A stretch of 54,557 nucleotides of DNA, the filler included, from Sluysia triapertura (taxonomy: Eukaryota): NCBI GenBank assembly GCA_046118255.1. It is 4 parts of 4 records of this genome, joined end to end, with 100 filler letters (N's around TTAATTAATTAA, not from the genome) between each part and the next. Parts side by side here need not be neighbours in the genome. Positions count along the whole stretch, not along the records: positions 39,276 to 54,557 come from JBJNIA010232454.1; 3 more parts are not named here. One strand, written 5' to 3'. The notes under the pieces are model-generated. The model saw nothing but the letters and a program-made list of their open reading frames with translations, was not told the origin of the DNA and did not search any database. Below are positions 39,276-52,269 of this stretch, piece by piece. Every line of letters begins with the position of its first letter. Within the stretch, counting starts at the first letter, position 1. The position numbers and the translations under genes were made by a program.

Positions 39276-39997
39276 GATAATATTTCCTTAAGAATTTCTA
39301 GAAATATCGTCATTATATTATTGTTATTTGGAGAGACTAGATTAGATATGGAATTTTCATATATCATCATTGAATCGTCTCTAATTGAAGACATTGAACT
39401 GAATACGGGATTTACAGGCATCATCATCATATAGTTAATCATCATTGAGTCATTATTAATTGAAGACATTGAACTAAATACAGAGTCTTCAAGCTTCATC
39501 ATCATGTAGTTAGCAATTGAAAATGTTAAACTAAATATATGGTTTTCATACGTATGAAGAAATAGTGATAATTGTTGTTGTATTAATTTTCCTTTTTTTG
39601 TATCAGTCGACTGATTAGAACTAGGAGAAATAGAACCATGGAGACTACTTGTAATACTGTTCAAATTGGTCACATGTTTAATTTTAACCTTGACTTTATA
39701 TTGACTTGATATTTTGTCATCGAATGAATAGCTTAAACTAAATTGTACATCTAGTGATGAATTTGGTACATTTATATTCAAAGAGTTATTTACGATAAAC
39801 GAGTTAAAAGTGTATATAAAATTCTGTTCTACATTGGAAATTATCTCTTGATTAACATACTGTAAATTAGCATCAGTTTTGAATGTACTAAAATTGTTTC
39901 GAATAATTGAATCTGAATTACTATAAGCTGACGCAGAGTTGCTTTGAAAAATACGACTCAAATAATTGATATTTGGTATAGATTGAAAAACCATCAA
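39276..39997 (-). CDS. Ser/Asn-rich hypothetical ORF, cut by the contig end, with an internal duplication
   Basis: About 240 open codons in AT-rich DNA; NYMMM..xVFSSMSSI..DSMMI occurs twice. No recognised domain. Confidence 0.35.
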
Positions 39998-40264
39998 AGA
40001 ATAATGATAAATGAAATGATATTAAATTTCTGTAATGTTGTATTAATCAGTTTTTATTTTGTTTCTCACTTTTGTCTAAATTGCTGAAAAATTTTCTAAT
40101 TAAAAATTCTTTGAGAATATAGTCTGGTTATTTTTTGAAATCAATTTTTTGTTCTATTTTTAGCTCTTTTTAATAAGTGCCTGCTGCTAATAATTTTTTA
40201 GTACGTAATTTTAGCTCTACCCAATCATGTTTGAATAATAGTAAATTAAAACGATGATGAGTTT

Positions 40265-40313
40265 GAGAGGTCCCAGTTTCGATCCCCGGTCAATCCATTT
40301 TATGAAGTCTAAC
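40265..40313 (+). mobile_element. tRNA-derived SINE-like element, copy 2 (5'-truncated)
   Basis: GAGAGGTCCCAGTTTCGATCCCCGGTCAATCCA (variable loop, T-arm and acceptor 3' half) plus the same TTTTATGAAGTCTAACA tail as copy 1. Confidence 0.65.
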
Positions 40314-40962
40314 AGTATGAATTTTAGTAACGATATAAAAAAAGCATTAAAAATTTACTCGAATTGTGTTGCTAATAATCTTGGCTCCGCCAGTCACCGG
40401 TGACCCCATGGAATTCAACGTGTTATTAATTGGTAATTTGTTTATGCACAAAATACCAAAATCCTTAAAATAAATGTAATTGTAGTAGAACTTAAGAATA
40501 AATTGTAGTTAATTTAGTTCTTTAGTTGAGGGTGTAAAAAATTAAGATATTCGTACTTGAATCTCTTATCTCGGAAGCGAATTAGAACTACGACTTTACA
40601 GACAGACTGCTTGCATTAAAATCATTTAATAAACTAGAAATTATATATTATCAAGCATAAAAGATTGAGAAAATTCATTTTGGCTTAAAGTTTACGAATA
40701 ATTTTAAAGTCATTAATCATTATTAAAGAATAAGTTAAATGTCTAATTTTAATTTTAAATAATTTAAATCAAAATTTAATTCACTATCAGATTTAGAACA
40801 TAATTTGATTAGTGTTACACAGTTTCATTAACATTGATACATTTTGTTAACTTCACAATGAATTTCGATACTACGATTTGATTGATATAACGCGCAGTAA
40901 GAATTAATATCAAAGTATAAAAGCAATTTATATTAACAATATTAAAAAAATATTTTTATTAC

Positions 40963-41009
<47 letters not shown>
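40963..41009. repeat. (AAT)n microsatellite just downstream of the NSUN4-like stop
   Basis: Direct reading. Confidence 0.95.
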
Positions 41010-41016
41010 TCCAATA

Positions 41017-41347
41017 TTAAACTAAAGATTTCTTAATTTTACAAATGTATGAAGGGCCATAATTATCTAATAAATTAGGCAAAATTAAACTTCCCAATCC
41101 AAATTGAGAACTTGTTTTATTTGTCCATGACTTAATCCAATCAGATTTTTCATTTATATCAACTAATTGAAAATTAGTATCAATAACACGTAACTTGTAC
41201 GGCACTTTTTTATCGCTATAATCTTTTTGAACTTCATTATTGATATCATGTATAGTTTTAGCAACCAGAATATCGTTTTGTATGGGTGATAAAGTACAAG
41301 TTGAATATATTATTTCACCACCAATTTTACAAGCTTGTACAGCACAT
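41017..41347 (-). CDS. NSUN4: Terminal exon of an NSUN4-like (NOL1/NOP2/Sun) mitochondrial rRNA m5C methyltransferase
   Basis: TTTTAG acceptor at 41348, then CAVQACKIGGEIIYSTCTLSPIQND...GSLILPNLLDNYGPSYICKIKK. This matches NSUN4 KPGGHVVYSTCSLSHLQNE...[20 protein letters not shown]. Upstream exons were not located. Confidence 0.85.
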
Positions 41348-41619
41348 CTAAAATAAAGTTAAATTAAATTCGGAAAAAATTCATGATGTAGCCTTGTTAA
41401 AAGTAAAGTACTACATTCCTGCAGAACATAAAATGAAGTATTTATTAGACTGTGTTCAATATTAAAAATAAAGAATAAACAGAAATAATATAATTTACTT
41501 TCAATCTCGAAAGCTCAAGTTTTTGATCAAATAATACCTTTTTTTACAATAATAACGAAAAACGTCAAATAGCTTTACGCTTAGCTGAAGCCCTTATCGG
41601 AGTTGTTCGTTTATTTTTG

Positions 41620-41621
<2 letters not shown>

Positions 41622-41677
<56 letters not shown>
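41622..41677. repeat. (ATT)n microsatellite
   Basis: Direct reading. Confidence 0.95.
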
Positions 41678-41678
<1 letters not shown>

Positions 41679-43115
41679 AGGCGGTCATTGACCCATCTGA
41701 ATCAGACATCATTAAGATAAAATTTTGTTAATGATCTTCAGCATTTAAGGTTAAAGACATTAATACTTACTTTGAATAATAGAATGAAAAGTTTAACTTA
41801 TAATTATTTAACCCTCGGAATTTAGATATAAAGTGGCATAAACCCTGAATTGTGATGAATCAAAACTCAAAAATCATCCATTTACCAACAATAGCATGCT
41901 TTCAAACATAACATTAACAATTCATCAAAGAAACGAGTATTAATGATATTACTATTATTATTATTTTAATCATATTATTCTAATTATGGCCTTTAGTTTT
42001 CTTTCAATGCGTAATGTTGCGTATTATTAATCAATGTGCAATATATATAGTGCAATGATTTTAAACACTAGATACTAATATAAAATTTACTTATAAAAGT
42101 TTTTTAAAAAAACCTTGATAAATTTATTTAATTGCAATCGAGTTTAACCACTTGACACTCGGATTTTTTTAGAAAAGGAGTAAAAACATTGTCACTTTTA
42201 TTTTTATTTGACTACATTTATTAATGCAATTAATTAATTACAATAAAATTAAATACTACCTACAAGTTAAAACAAAACTTACCCGAACGAGATTCGGGAT
42301 CATCAGTGTAAGGAAAAATGTCATCTCCGAGTGCAATTCGGGCAAAACTGTCAGGTGGTTAAACACAAGCCGAATTTCAATATAAATCAATTGTACGTCT
42401 TCATACAAATCGTGTATGTATAAAACTTAGATTCTAAACAAGATTAACCTTCGAGACTGACATCAATGTATTCAACAAAATACATCAAATCACACATAAA
42501 GTGTGTCTACGAAATAAGTTCTGTATTGTTTCTATTTATTATTAAATACGTCGCATTTTAAATAGATCGATAAAATCTACATTAAAATTACAAAAACAAA
42601 ACTTTTAATTTAAATAATCTTCATATTTATAACGTGAATAATGATAAATTTTCTTTACATTTTCACTGAATCAAATGTTTGTAATGTAATAAAAATATTT
42701 TATAACACACCCTTAAAACTGCGACGGTGTTACAAAAGAGATATGCAAATACATTTGATATATAACTTCTAACTTTTCAATTCGCATTTTAAATAGAGAG
42801 ATAAAATCTTTTGTTACAAATCTCATTTTTAATAAAGATATAAATAATTCTAGATAAGTTATAAATTGTTATAGATTATTTTGAGTTATCATTGTTATAA
42901 AACACAAGCCTCAATGTTTTATTGACTTCCATCTTCTTTATAAAAATATTCTTTTGAAAATCCTGTGACCACAGATGAATTCATTACGTCAATTTCCATT
43001 TGTTATTGTAGGTAGCAATATTCGCGATACTTCTTTTATTTGGTATTTATACTCCAGTAATATAATTTACCTAACTTTAATATTAAAAATTATTATTGTC
43101 AATCTTGTGGTTATC

Positions 43116-43116
<1 letters not shown>

Positions 43117-43181
<65 letters not shown>

Positions 43182-43210
43182 GTTGTTGTTGTTGTTGTTC
43201 TTGTTGTTAT
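43117..43210. repeat. Compound (ATT)n(GTT)n microsatellite
   Basis: Direct reading. Confidence 0.95.
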
Positions 43211-44057
43211 AGAGTTTGAAACTAAAATGTTCAAATAATGTAAAATTTACAATGAATGTTTGAAATAAAATAACATACTAAATGTGTGAATAAATTTACG
43301 AAAATTAGTGAAATTAAAAATGTTTAAAAATGTGAGCCGCAAAATAAAATATAAATCACATATGTTGAAAATGTAATTAATACTCTGTTGTAAGATAAAA
43401 AGTAGTCTGATGAATATTTAAAATAATAAATCTATAGCAGTGAATTTTTAAAAGTAATGTGAATGAGTGTAGTAGAATAAAGTAATAAATTTATAATATA
43501 AAATTTTTCCATGAATCTCTATAAAATTTGTTTGATACTGTTTGATGTTATTCTGTACATAGAATACATAAAATTCTATCTTGTTTAACAATAGAACTTA
43601 ACAATGTGAAATTAAACAAAAAATAAAAAAAAGCAACCTCAACAAAGAAAAATAAAAGCAAAGTTTCACGGACAATTTCTGCAGCTATTGGGATTCATAT
43701 CAGATAGCAAGAAATAATTGATAAACAATTTTACAATTTGAATCACAGTTATTTATAATCTTATTAATACCAATCGTTGAAAACTTTATCCAATCCACAT
43801 CTGTTGATTATTTATATATACGTAAGAAGTGTAAATCTTAAATATCTACTATAATTATACACTTCTTTTATAAAATAGTTAAATAATTAAAATAGTTAAC
43901 AAATATAAACATTATTTTTAAATAGTTTTATTTTATTTTACTGATTGTATCTTTTTTGTTCACATTAATTTATTGTGTACAAGATATACATCTATTGAAA
44001 TAAATAAATATTTGTTGAAATATTTTTTTAATTTTATAAAATATAGTTCGTATAAAT

Positions 44058-44130
44058 CAGACCGTAACAGGCTGGTTTAAATTCTAAATTCATTTATATA
44101 ATTACCAGACCGTACAAAGGCTGGTTTAAC
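44058..44130 (+). repeat. Duplicated CAGACCGTA..AGGCTGGTTTAA motif (related copy at ~27265)
   Basis: Two copies ~49 nt apart; TAGACCGTAAAAGGCTAGCTTAA occurs on another contig. Confidence 0.6.
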
Positions 44131-47100
44131 CTCCAAGCTAGAGCGTAATTACTAGACGTCTATAATACTCTTAATCTCAACCTATAAGGAAATTAACTGT
44201 CTCATTTGTAGGTGATCGCTACTTCTTTTGCCTTAAAGACTAATTAGACCGTCGTCAGCTAGTGACGTAAATCGTCTCTAAATGCCGAGCTCTCCTTCAG
44301 AAGATCATTTTTGTAAGTAGGTTCTTTTTAGGAAAAGACACTTGTAGAAGATAAAGTTTAAAATTGAAAATTACAAATTGATCGCTGAAACTTTGAAAAT
44401 ATAGATCACAATGTTTAACGACAGTTCCAATTTGAAGACACGAGTTCTATTTTATCACCGGAATTCTAGATTGGAGAATATATACTTTAATTGATCAACG
44501 ATTATTAAAATTTTAGTGAGTAATATTTTTTGTGTTACGAGCTTGAATATTAAAATATTTAAATTTATTATCATTTTAATTACAAATTCTTGTATAATTA
44601 AAAATGTACTATTAATCTTGTTGTAAAGTCATAGATAACTACGAATTCTTGTATAATAAAAATTTATTCATCATTATTAACATTATTTTTAACCTTGTTT
44701 TTGTACAAAACTTATAGTTAATAAATCTTATTGAATTTGATTTTTTATTGAAATTAGTGCCCCAAAGGAGGAAGTTAAAATAAAATTACATTATAATTGA
44801 GAACATCTGTGAGTAAAATTGAATTTGATCATTGTCGTAAAATAAATTAAATTTCATCTTAAAATAAAACCAAAACTTACTTTCGCGTTTTCATTTCATG
44901 TCATCCTAACGATTATCCGAACTCACACTTTTAGATAAGTTGAATCCAGAGCATAATTATTTATAAAATAAAACGATAGAGTTCTATATGACAAAACAGT
45001 CACTAGCAGGATTTAAATTGTTATTGACGAATAATAATTCATATAAGCAAGGATATTTAAACTATTGTTAAAGACTAGAAGTGTATATTAGCAAAAGTTA
45101 AGAATTCATTCTAAAGCCATTCGAGAAAAAGTAATTACATTTCGTAAATTTTATATTCATAACGGACTAAGTTAAAATTAGAATAAAACGAGCATATTGA
45201 CAAAAGAATTAGAATATTATTAAGAATAAGAATCCATAAAGGAACTAACATTGATTACAAAAATATATAAATCTAACGATATAATAAAGTGTTCAAAGAC
45301 ATCCGACTTTTAAATAACTACTTTTTAATTACTTTAAACATAACAATTAAAGTACTGCTATAAAAGTTACAAGTTTTAGGATAAAGGATAAAGTTTATTC
45401 ATTACGCGAAAGTTGAAAATTTTATATTACAATAAAAAGTTATAAGCTTAACGTTATCAGTAGAGGAACTATAAAAAATAAATTCTAAGAATTCTAAGTT
45501 GAAAAGACACTAGGAATTAAGACTTGAAATCAAACAACAAAATGCATTAAAAATTATTTTACATTAGTATTATTATTACTATGATTATGATTATTGTAAC
45601 AAATAATGCTCATTTTCATGTATATAAATGATAATTTTAATTCTAACGTTAATAAAAATCATTTTAAAATCATTATTATAAAAAATTATTGAGATCATAA
45701 TGCTTTTGTATTAATTTAAATTTAAAATTTAGTAAAAAATAGCAATCATTTTCGTATAAGTTATCATTTTTAAATGAGACTGTACAAAGACAATATGAAA
45801 TTAAAATTTATAAACATCAAACTTTACTATTGCAGTTAATAAAATTATTTTAAAATAGTAATCAATAAAAATAGCATGAAATCAAATTTTAAGAGCATAA
45901 TATCCAATTAAAATTATCTTAAAAACCTGATTTAGAATATTGTGATAAATAAAATAAAATCATATTAAACTAGGATTAAAGAGAATCAATATGAAATCAA
46001 ATTTTACTAACATTGTATTCGATCAAAATTAACTTAAATTAAATTCAAGAAATTAAATTAAACTTAAAAATTGCATAAATTTATAAATACAATAATAATG
46101 TATGTAACTAAATCAATGTTATTAAATCCAGACCGAAGAATTACTATAATTATTATATCTAATCAATATTGTTTGTATATACAAATTTTTTTATAAATAG
46201 AATCAATAACATTAAATTTAAATTAGCAGAAATAGTATAAAAGGAAATGGAATCAGTAGTTAAATTCAGACGATGAAACACAAATTGAATCAATTGTGTG
46301 ACGGAATTTATTTACCTGAAGTTATTTATAGGAACGATTTTTGAAGATATTAAACTATATTCTAGATTAAAAGACTAACAAATTTACAATTATTTGGCAA
46401 TAATTTCTTTTTTGGTCTGAGCAATAAATATAAAATTATAGTTAAATTTGATTATTATAAACTTACAAAAAAATTCAATTATATTGTACTATGTTATATC
46501 AATTGAAGTTATATCATTTATTACTTTGAAAATAAATTTCTTGCAGTTTTATTTAACTACTTTTGAATGATAAAAAGGGATTGAGAATAGAGCAGTGAGA
46601 TAAAATCAAAGTACTATAAGATAAGTATATAAACTAAAAGTTCATCTACGATAAAATAAACTATAGATTAAGATAAAGTGTAATCATAAAAACTTGATTG
46701 AGATACAGTTTAATTAAATACGATTCTAAAAAATAATTTAGTTAATAAGCACTTTTATCTCGAATAACTGAGACGAGTATTCGATTTCATATCTTCAGAT
46801 AAAGTAAATTTAATATATTAATATATTAATATTAATATAAATATTATTTGTAAAATAAATTAGTAAAAGAAGTTTACATGAACAATAATAATTTAGCCTC
46901 TTGAATCTTGGATTTACATTTCCCAGACAAAACATTAAAGTTCAAACCACATAAAGCTTCAACGAAACCACTGCCAGAGAGACAAACTATTAGATAATTA
47001 GATAAACTAAAATATTACTGAAATAAATAAATTATATTCTTCAATAACTCAAAACTATTTTAACTATTATTTAGGATATTATACAAAATAATTACCAGAT

Positions 47101-48511
47101 TATCAAGTAGAATCAAATCGAACTAGCTATGTCCAAACCGAATGCGTTTGTTTATTTACCCAATTAACCAACGTTTATTCGGTGTTCCCCAGAAAATTGA
47201 AAATCGATTGTATTAGCAATTGATGTCTACTTATTTCGTATGTGCTTTACAATAAAAACTGCCTCCCTATGCAGCTATTGTACTTTGACCAATAGCTTAT
47301 TCTATAATAATTTTTCTATAGTTAATTTTTCCTATAGTCATTCCTATTTTAACGGCCAATTTTGTATTATAAAATTAACTACGTTTAATTTTATTTTAAG
47401 TATTGTTCCATTTAGATTATTCTACTAACATATCTTATTACTGTTATTATAGAATATTCTTATTATCAGTAGAATTTATTATTATCATTATTATTACTAT
47501 TATTATTATTTTTCAGTTACATATTTGTTTACCATTACTATTATCACTATTACTCTTACTGCTGCTATGTCAGACTATTTCATATTTTTGTAGAATAAAT
47601 TATTATGATTATTATATATTATAATTAAATTTTATTTCTTATTCTTTTATTATTACTATTTGTAAGAACGAGCCAGAAAAAAACAGCAACCAAATTCAAG
47701 TATTAGTAGTATTAAATATTAAAGTAAACAAATTAAATATTGTAGATTAATAATACTTGGAGACATTATAAATTAACAAATATTATTTCGAAATTAAGAC
47801 GTGAATTAATTTGCACTAAAGCGTTAAACAAATTATTATTTGGAGGTTAATACACGATAAAGAAAATAACTAATTAAAATAACAGGTACATAAAAATAGA
47901 TTTATAACTTATTACACATAAAACTGAATGTGCTCACAAAAATTATGAGAGAAAACCTAAAGCTTTTAATCGTGTTATTAATTGTTTTAATTGTTTTTGC
48001 GGAATATTCGTTGAGGAAAATTAATTTTCAGTGATTATGATATTTATTACTTTATTGCAACGGCTGTCCCGTTGTCAATCCAGCATCGATTTTAACTGAT
48101 TTCGTAAGTGTTTTGTGTTAAGATCAGATTAAATCTTATTGTTATAAACATATAATTGTAGATATATTTGTTTCTTGTAAAAAAATTGAATTCTTGATTA
48201 TTTAGTCAATACTGTGTTGTGTTTCAAAAACTTTCTTATTGATAAAAAGGACTAAGTTGATATCGAGTAAAATAAAGAAATAATAGACTATCATGAACAA
48301 AAATTTAATTATAACCAATCAAAATTTGATCAGATCCAAACTTGTATCACAAATAAAAAACCAAAAAAGAACCCTCACATACACTTTTTACATATATTCC
48401 TATAAGTACGTCTCTAAACCACCAATTATCCAAGACATAAGTTAAATCCAGTAAATAAGACATTAAGTTTTAAGAGAAGATTAAAAGATCCTTACGATAT
48501 TATTTACTTAA

Positions 48512-48566
<55 letters not shown>
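48512..48566. repeat. (ATT)n microsatellite
   Basis: Direct reading. Confidence 0.95.
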
Positions 48567-48567
<1 letters not shown>

Positions 48568-48819
48568 GTTGAATCAACAAAATAAAATGCAATGTACATC
48601 AAAAATAGTGCTAACTGTAATTGTGATTATTTGCAAAATGTTCATTAAATATTCGAGGAATATTTATTTCAACAGTCTTTATTTCGAAATGGTACTAAAT
48701 CGTATTTCTCAAGTTATAATCAACAATAGAATGATTCAGAATGAAACAATTATTGCAAATTTGCCTCAACAAAGAGTTGAAGATAAATATAATGATTATT
48801 ATTCAAAAAAAAGCTGTAA

Positions 48820-48990
48820 AGATTAAAAGCTCATGTTCAGTAAATTTTAAATTTGAATGCATACGTTTTCTAGATCTAAAAAGTGCAAAGCTAAACGGCT
48901 ATATTTCGCTAGATTTTACCGAACTCCAAGTTTGAACCCGTTTTAGAACAATTAAAATACACTTTTACACGTGCAATCTATGACTATATA
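48820..48990 (+). mobile_element. Possible Penelope-like RT C-terminal remnant
   Basis: SVNFKFECIRFLDLKSAKLNGYISLDF resembles xIxFTxE..LPFLDVxIxxxNGxLxTxxY. Confidence 0.28.
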
Positions 48991-49151
48991 GAAAATAGTT
49001 CAAAACACGTTAACTATTTTTGTTTCAATTTAGCCGATGTTCATAAAAACGGTGGTGCATGAATTAATTACTTTGAATAACATTTTTCTTTATATGAAGT
49101 TTATTAGTTATATTTTTGTTTAGTTCCCCGATAAAGTACTTTGACGAGCCC

Positions 49152-49185
49152 TTAACCCTTTCAGCCCCGAATTTTTTTTCCTTAA
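49152..49185 (+). mobile_element. piggyBac-type terminus
   Basis: TTAA|CCCTTTCAGCCCC. Confidence 0.45.
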
Positions 49186-50089
49186 GATATATGGTGATTT
49201 ATTCTCTTTATAGATGATGATTTAGGAAAAATGTATGAAAATTGTAAATATTGACGTGAAGTAAAAACATATAGGTCACAGTTCAAACATAAAAATTATG
49301 CTCTTCGTATTTGTTTTGTACATCTTTATTGAATTAGAGCTCACCGCCATCTTCATCGTACTTCTCATTACGTATTGAACTACTATAGGGTATGTATGGT
49401 TTTCGTATGTATTGCTAAAGACTATGGTTTTCATAAGGTTCTGTATACACTCAATATGATCATGGAATAATAATAGATTAGTGCCGAGATAACTTATTTG
49501 ATCCACTGTATGATGAATTCGTAAGCCGAATCAGACTTGATGCATCGTCCTGTCTCGCTAGATTGGAATTGGTATTGTAATGCTCTGACTGGATTATGAT
49601 CTTCTTGATTTGAGATAAATTCGTTCGCCGACTTTGTTTTAATTGAATTATTATTGATCACGTCAATAAAAGTTTCCTCAATGAGTCGGGGGATGTTCAT
49701 TGAAAAATACATAATGCTAATATTGGTAAATCTATTCATATTTTCATCGTGAGATTGCGACGCTACTGTATTCAAGTATGGTTTTATTTCTGATACGCTT
49801 TCGACTATTTTCGAATTATCTGTATTAGTCACACTCCGCATACTAAGTTGTTCCATCATTAATAACTTTATCATTTTTATTATTAATTTTCTAATTATAA
49901 TTAACATAAATTTGTTTTGATGATAATCTGATAACATTAATTCATTGTTTTCTTCCTCTGCGTAATTAATAGCTCGTGGTACTTCATTTGTAATTCTAAT
50001 TGACATACGATTATCATCATAATTTTTCTCATCTGATACGGATTGATCAGAGTCTTGTATATGTACGTGTCTAACTTCAATATTGACAT

Positions 50090-50413
50090 TGGTCGTAAGT
50101 TTGTGTAATAATCTTTTGGGAAACAAACTGAATTCTTCGATTTTAGATACTAAAAATAATGCAGACGCTAATAACCATGGATCAGTGTAATTTAAGAAAT
50201 ACATTCCAAAAAATCTTTTAAAATGCGTCATTGCTGCTGATGTAACTTGTTGTCGAACACTAAGTCGTTCACCAAATGTAAAAATATCATCAATTCTTGA
50301 CATTCATCTACATTACCTAATTTATCATTATCGCTTTGACGATTCTTCAAAATATTCTGTTTATCTAATAACAATTCTAAATAATGAGAACCTCTCCAAA
50401 AATTATCAGCCAT
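50090..50413 (-). pseudogene. CCNC: Cyclin C pseudogene (intronless N-terminal third, frameshifted), fused to unrelated sequence
   Basis: MADNFWRGSHYLELLLDKQNILKNRQ matches MAGNFWQSSHYLQWILDKQDLLKERQ. After a frameshift/deletion near 50280 it reads GERLSVRQQVTSAAMTHFKRFF..TDPWLL..LFLVSKIEEF. Homology then stops while the frame stays open to 49494. Confidence 0.88.
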
Positions 50414-50999
50414 GAAGTAAATTTAATTACTAAAATGTTGTCTTTTTAATACTTAAAATTATTTGTTTTTGATGTTATAACTGTTTTTAAATTAAACAGT
50501 ATTATAAAATTTCTTTTTTAATCAAACAGTCAACTATACAACTACCATCGTGTATTAACCATGATTGGGCATTGAAATTTTTATTGAGCTATTTGTGAAA
50601 TCAATATCTATTGGATGTCCAACCAGGATGAGTAAAAGTAATGTAAACTATAGTATTAACTGGACATTCAATGAAACTAGATGATTATAATTGTGTGGCA
50701 AAATGCACACTACTAAAATGTTTTAAGTAATATGACTATTAGTAATCACTATGGATGATATGTACAAATTGAAACTGTCATTACTGATAGTGGTAGTTAC
50801 TGCAAATAAAATGATAATTGTGTAATGATAATGATAATGAGAAAATTAATTTTAATAATAATAAAAACAAGATGAAATACATAAACTTTAATGCTTTGTA
50901 ACATGATCTTTCTTTTTTAATTGTTCTTATTTCTTAAAAAATCTTGAAATATAAAAATTATTTAAGTACAATTTATAAAGATATAATTGAAATTAAAGT

Positions 51000-51283
51000 T
51001 TTTAAAAGTCTTAAAGAATGAATGTTGAGGGATTGTGAACTTAGAATGTTTTGAATTAATTTTCGCATTTTCAATAATTTAAGATGTAAATTGTGATTCG
51101 AATGTTATAAAATTGAGTTTAAAATGTTTTCAAATGAAAATGGTTTTAATGAATCAAAAAAATAAAATATAGAAAAAAAGGTTTTGATAAACTCTACAAA
51201 GGTAATATGTAAAAAGTTAATTAATGTAAATAGTGCAATTGAATTGATTATTCTGAATTTTAAACTAGAGGTTGGCCACCACA
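51000..51283 (-). repeat. TGTGGTGGCCAAC-headed repeat, copy E
   Basis: Head motif at 51283 on the minus strand; the body is alignable by eye to 24110-24330. Confidence 0.6.
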
Positions 51284-52269
51284 CATACCTTATCGTAATA
51301 TATGTTTGTAAAAACACAATAACAAGTCTAAAATCAACATAGATATACATTCTGAAGCAAACCTCCTATAGGGAAAGTTTCTAGATTAATATACAGCTAA
51401 ATTCCACTGTGTACTTCCAGCTGCAATGTTAAATGAAGATGTTAATCATACACAGAAATTATTTATAATGCTTATATATGTAACTTATCATCATCTTATC
51501 AAAGAAACTAATATCAACAATTCGCAAGAGAGGGTAGTGTAAAGAAACAAAAGAATGAAGAAATCAACGAATTGAAAGATTATGATTGAAAGTTATTATA
51601 TACCGAAAAAGAATCATTGAACGCATGACGACTACAGTAGAGTCATGTTAAAACAAAAATGATGTTCATATTAATAATAGTAATACTAATAATAATGAAG
51701 CTTTAATTAATTCTTTAAGCAGTTCTAATTATGAATTTATGAATGTGGAAGCAATACGTGAAAATGTGAAGAAATTTAGTGAATATAAAATTCAACGCTA
51801 TTTATATAATTATTTATTGATGTCTTATTCGATATCTGATTGTGGTAATATTAATAATGTAAATTATGAATTAAGTAATAAATTAATCAGTGTTGGTATA
51901 TGTTTAATTCATGGTGAAGTGGTGAAATCGAAATTACAAGTCAGAAATTTTAATAATAGTATTTCTTCATTATGTGACGTAATAATTATAATATGTAATG
52001 ATCATTAATATTTTAAGAGAAAGTAGCAGCCAGCTAGATCCGTGGAAGTAAAATTTGAAATAAAATGCAACCGAAGTGCAAATTTGAAATAGCTACAGAA
52101 CCAATAAAAATAAGGAAAAAAATTCACACAGCTTAAAAATGCAACAAAGGAAAATAGCGAAAAAAACCGTCGCAACTAAAAATTTGAGTAAAGATAAAAA
52201 AGATTCTGCTTAAGCAGAAATTATTAAAAGTAAATAAAATGTCTGTCAGATTTTTGAGAAAATACAAAT

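Noticed and set aside
42275-42380. U1 snRNA or hammerhead ribozyme
   Set aside because: ACTTACC and ATTGCAC lie on opposite strands, so it is not U1; the CTGATGA-stem is not followed by GAAA, so it is not a hammerhead.
46890-46990. Coding-looking minus-strand block (VCLSGSGFVEALCGLNF) as an NSUN4 exon
   Set aside because: No NSUN motif and no convincing donor site.
47050-47215. Gypsy RT/integrase echoes (YLGYY..LPDY, FGVPQKI); similar GPY echo at ~14935
   Set aside because: Too short and too degenerate to call with confidence.
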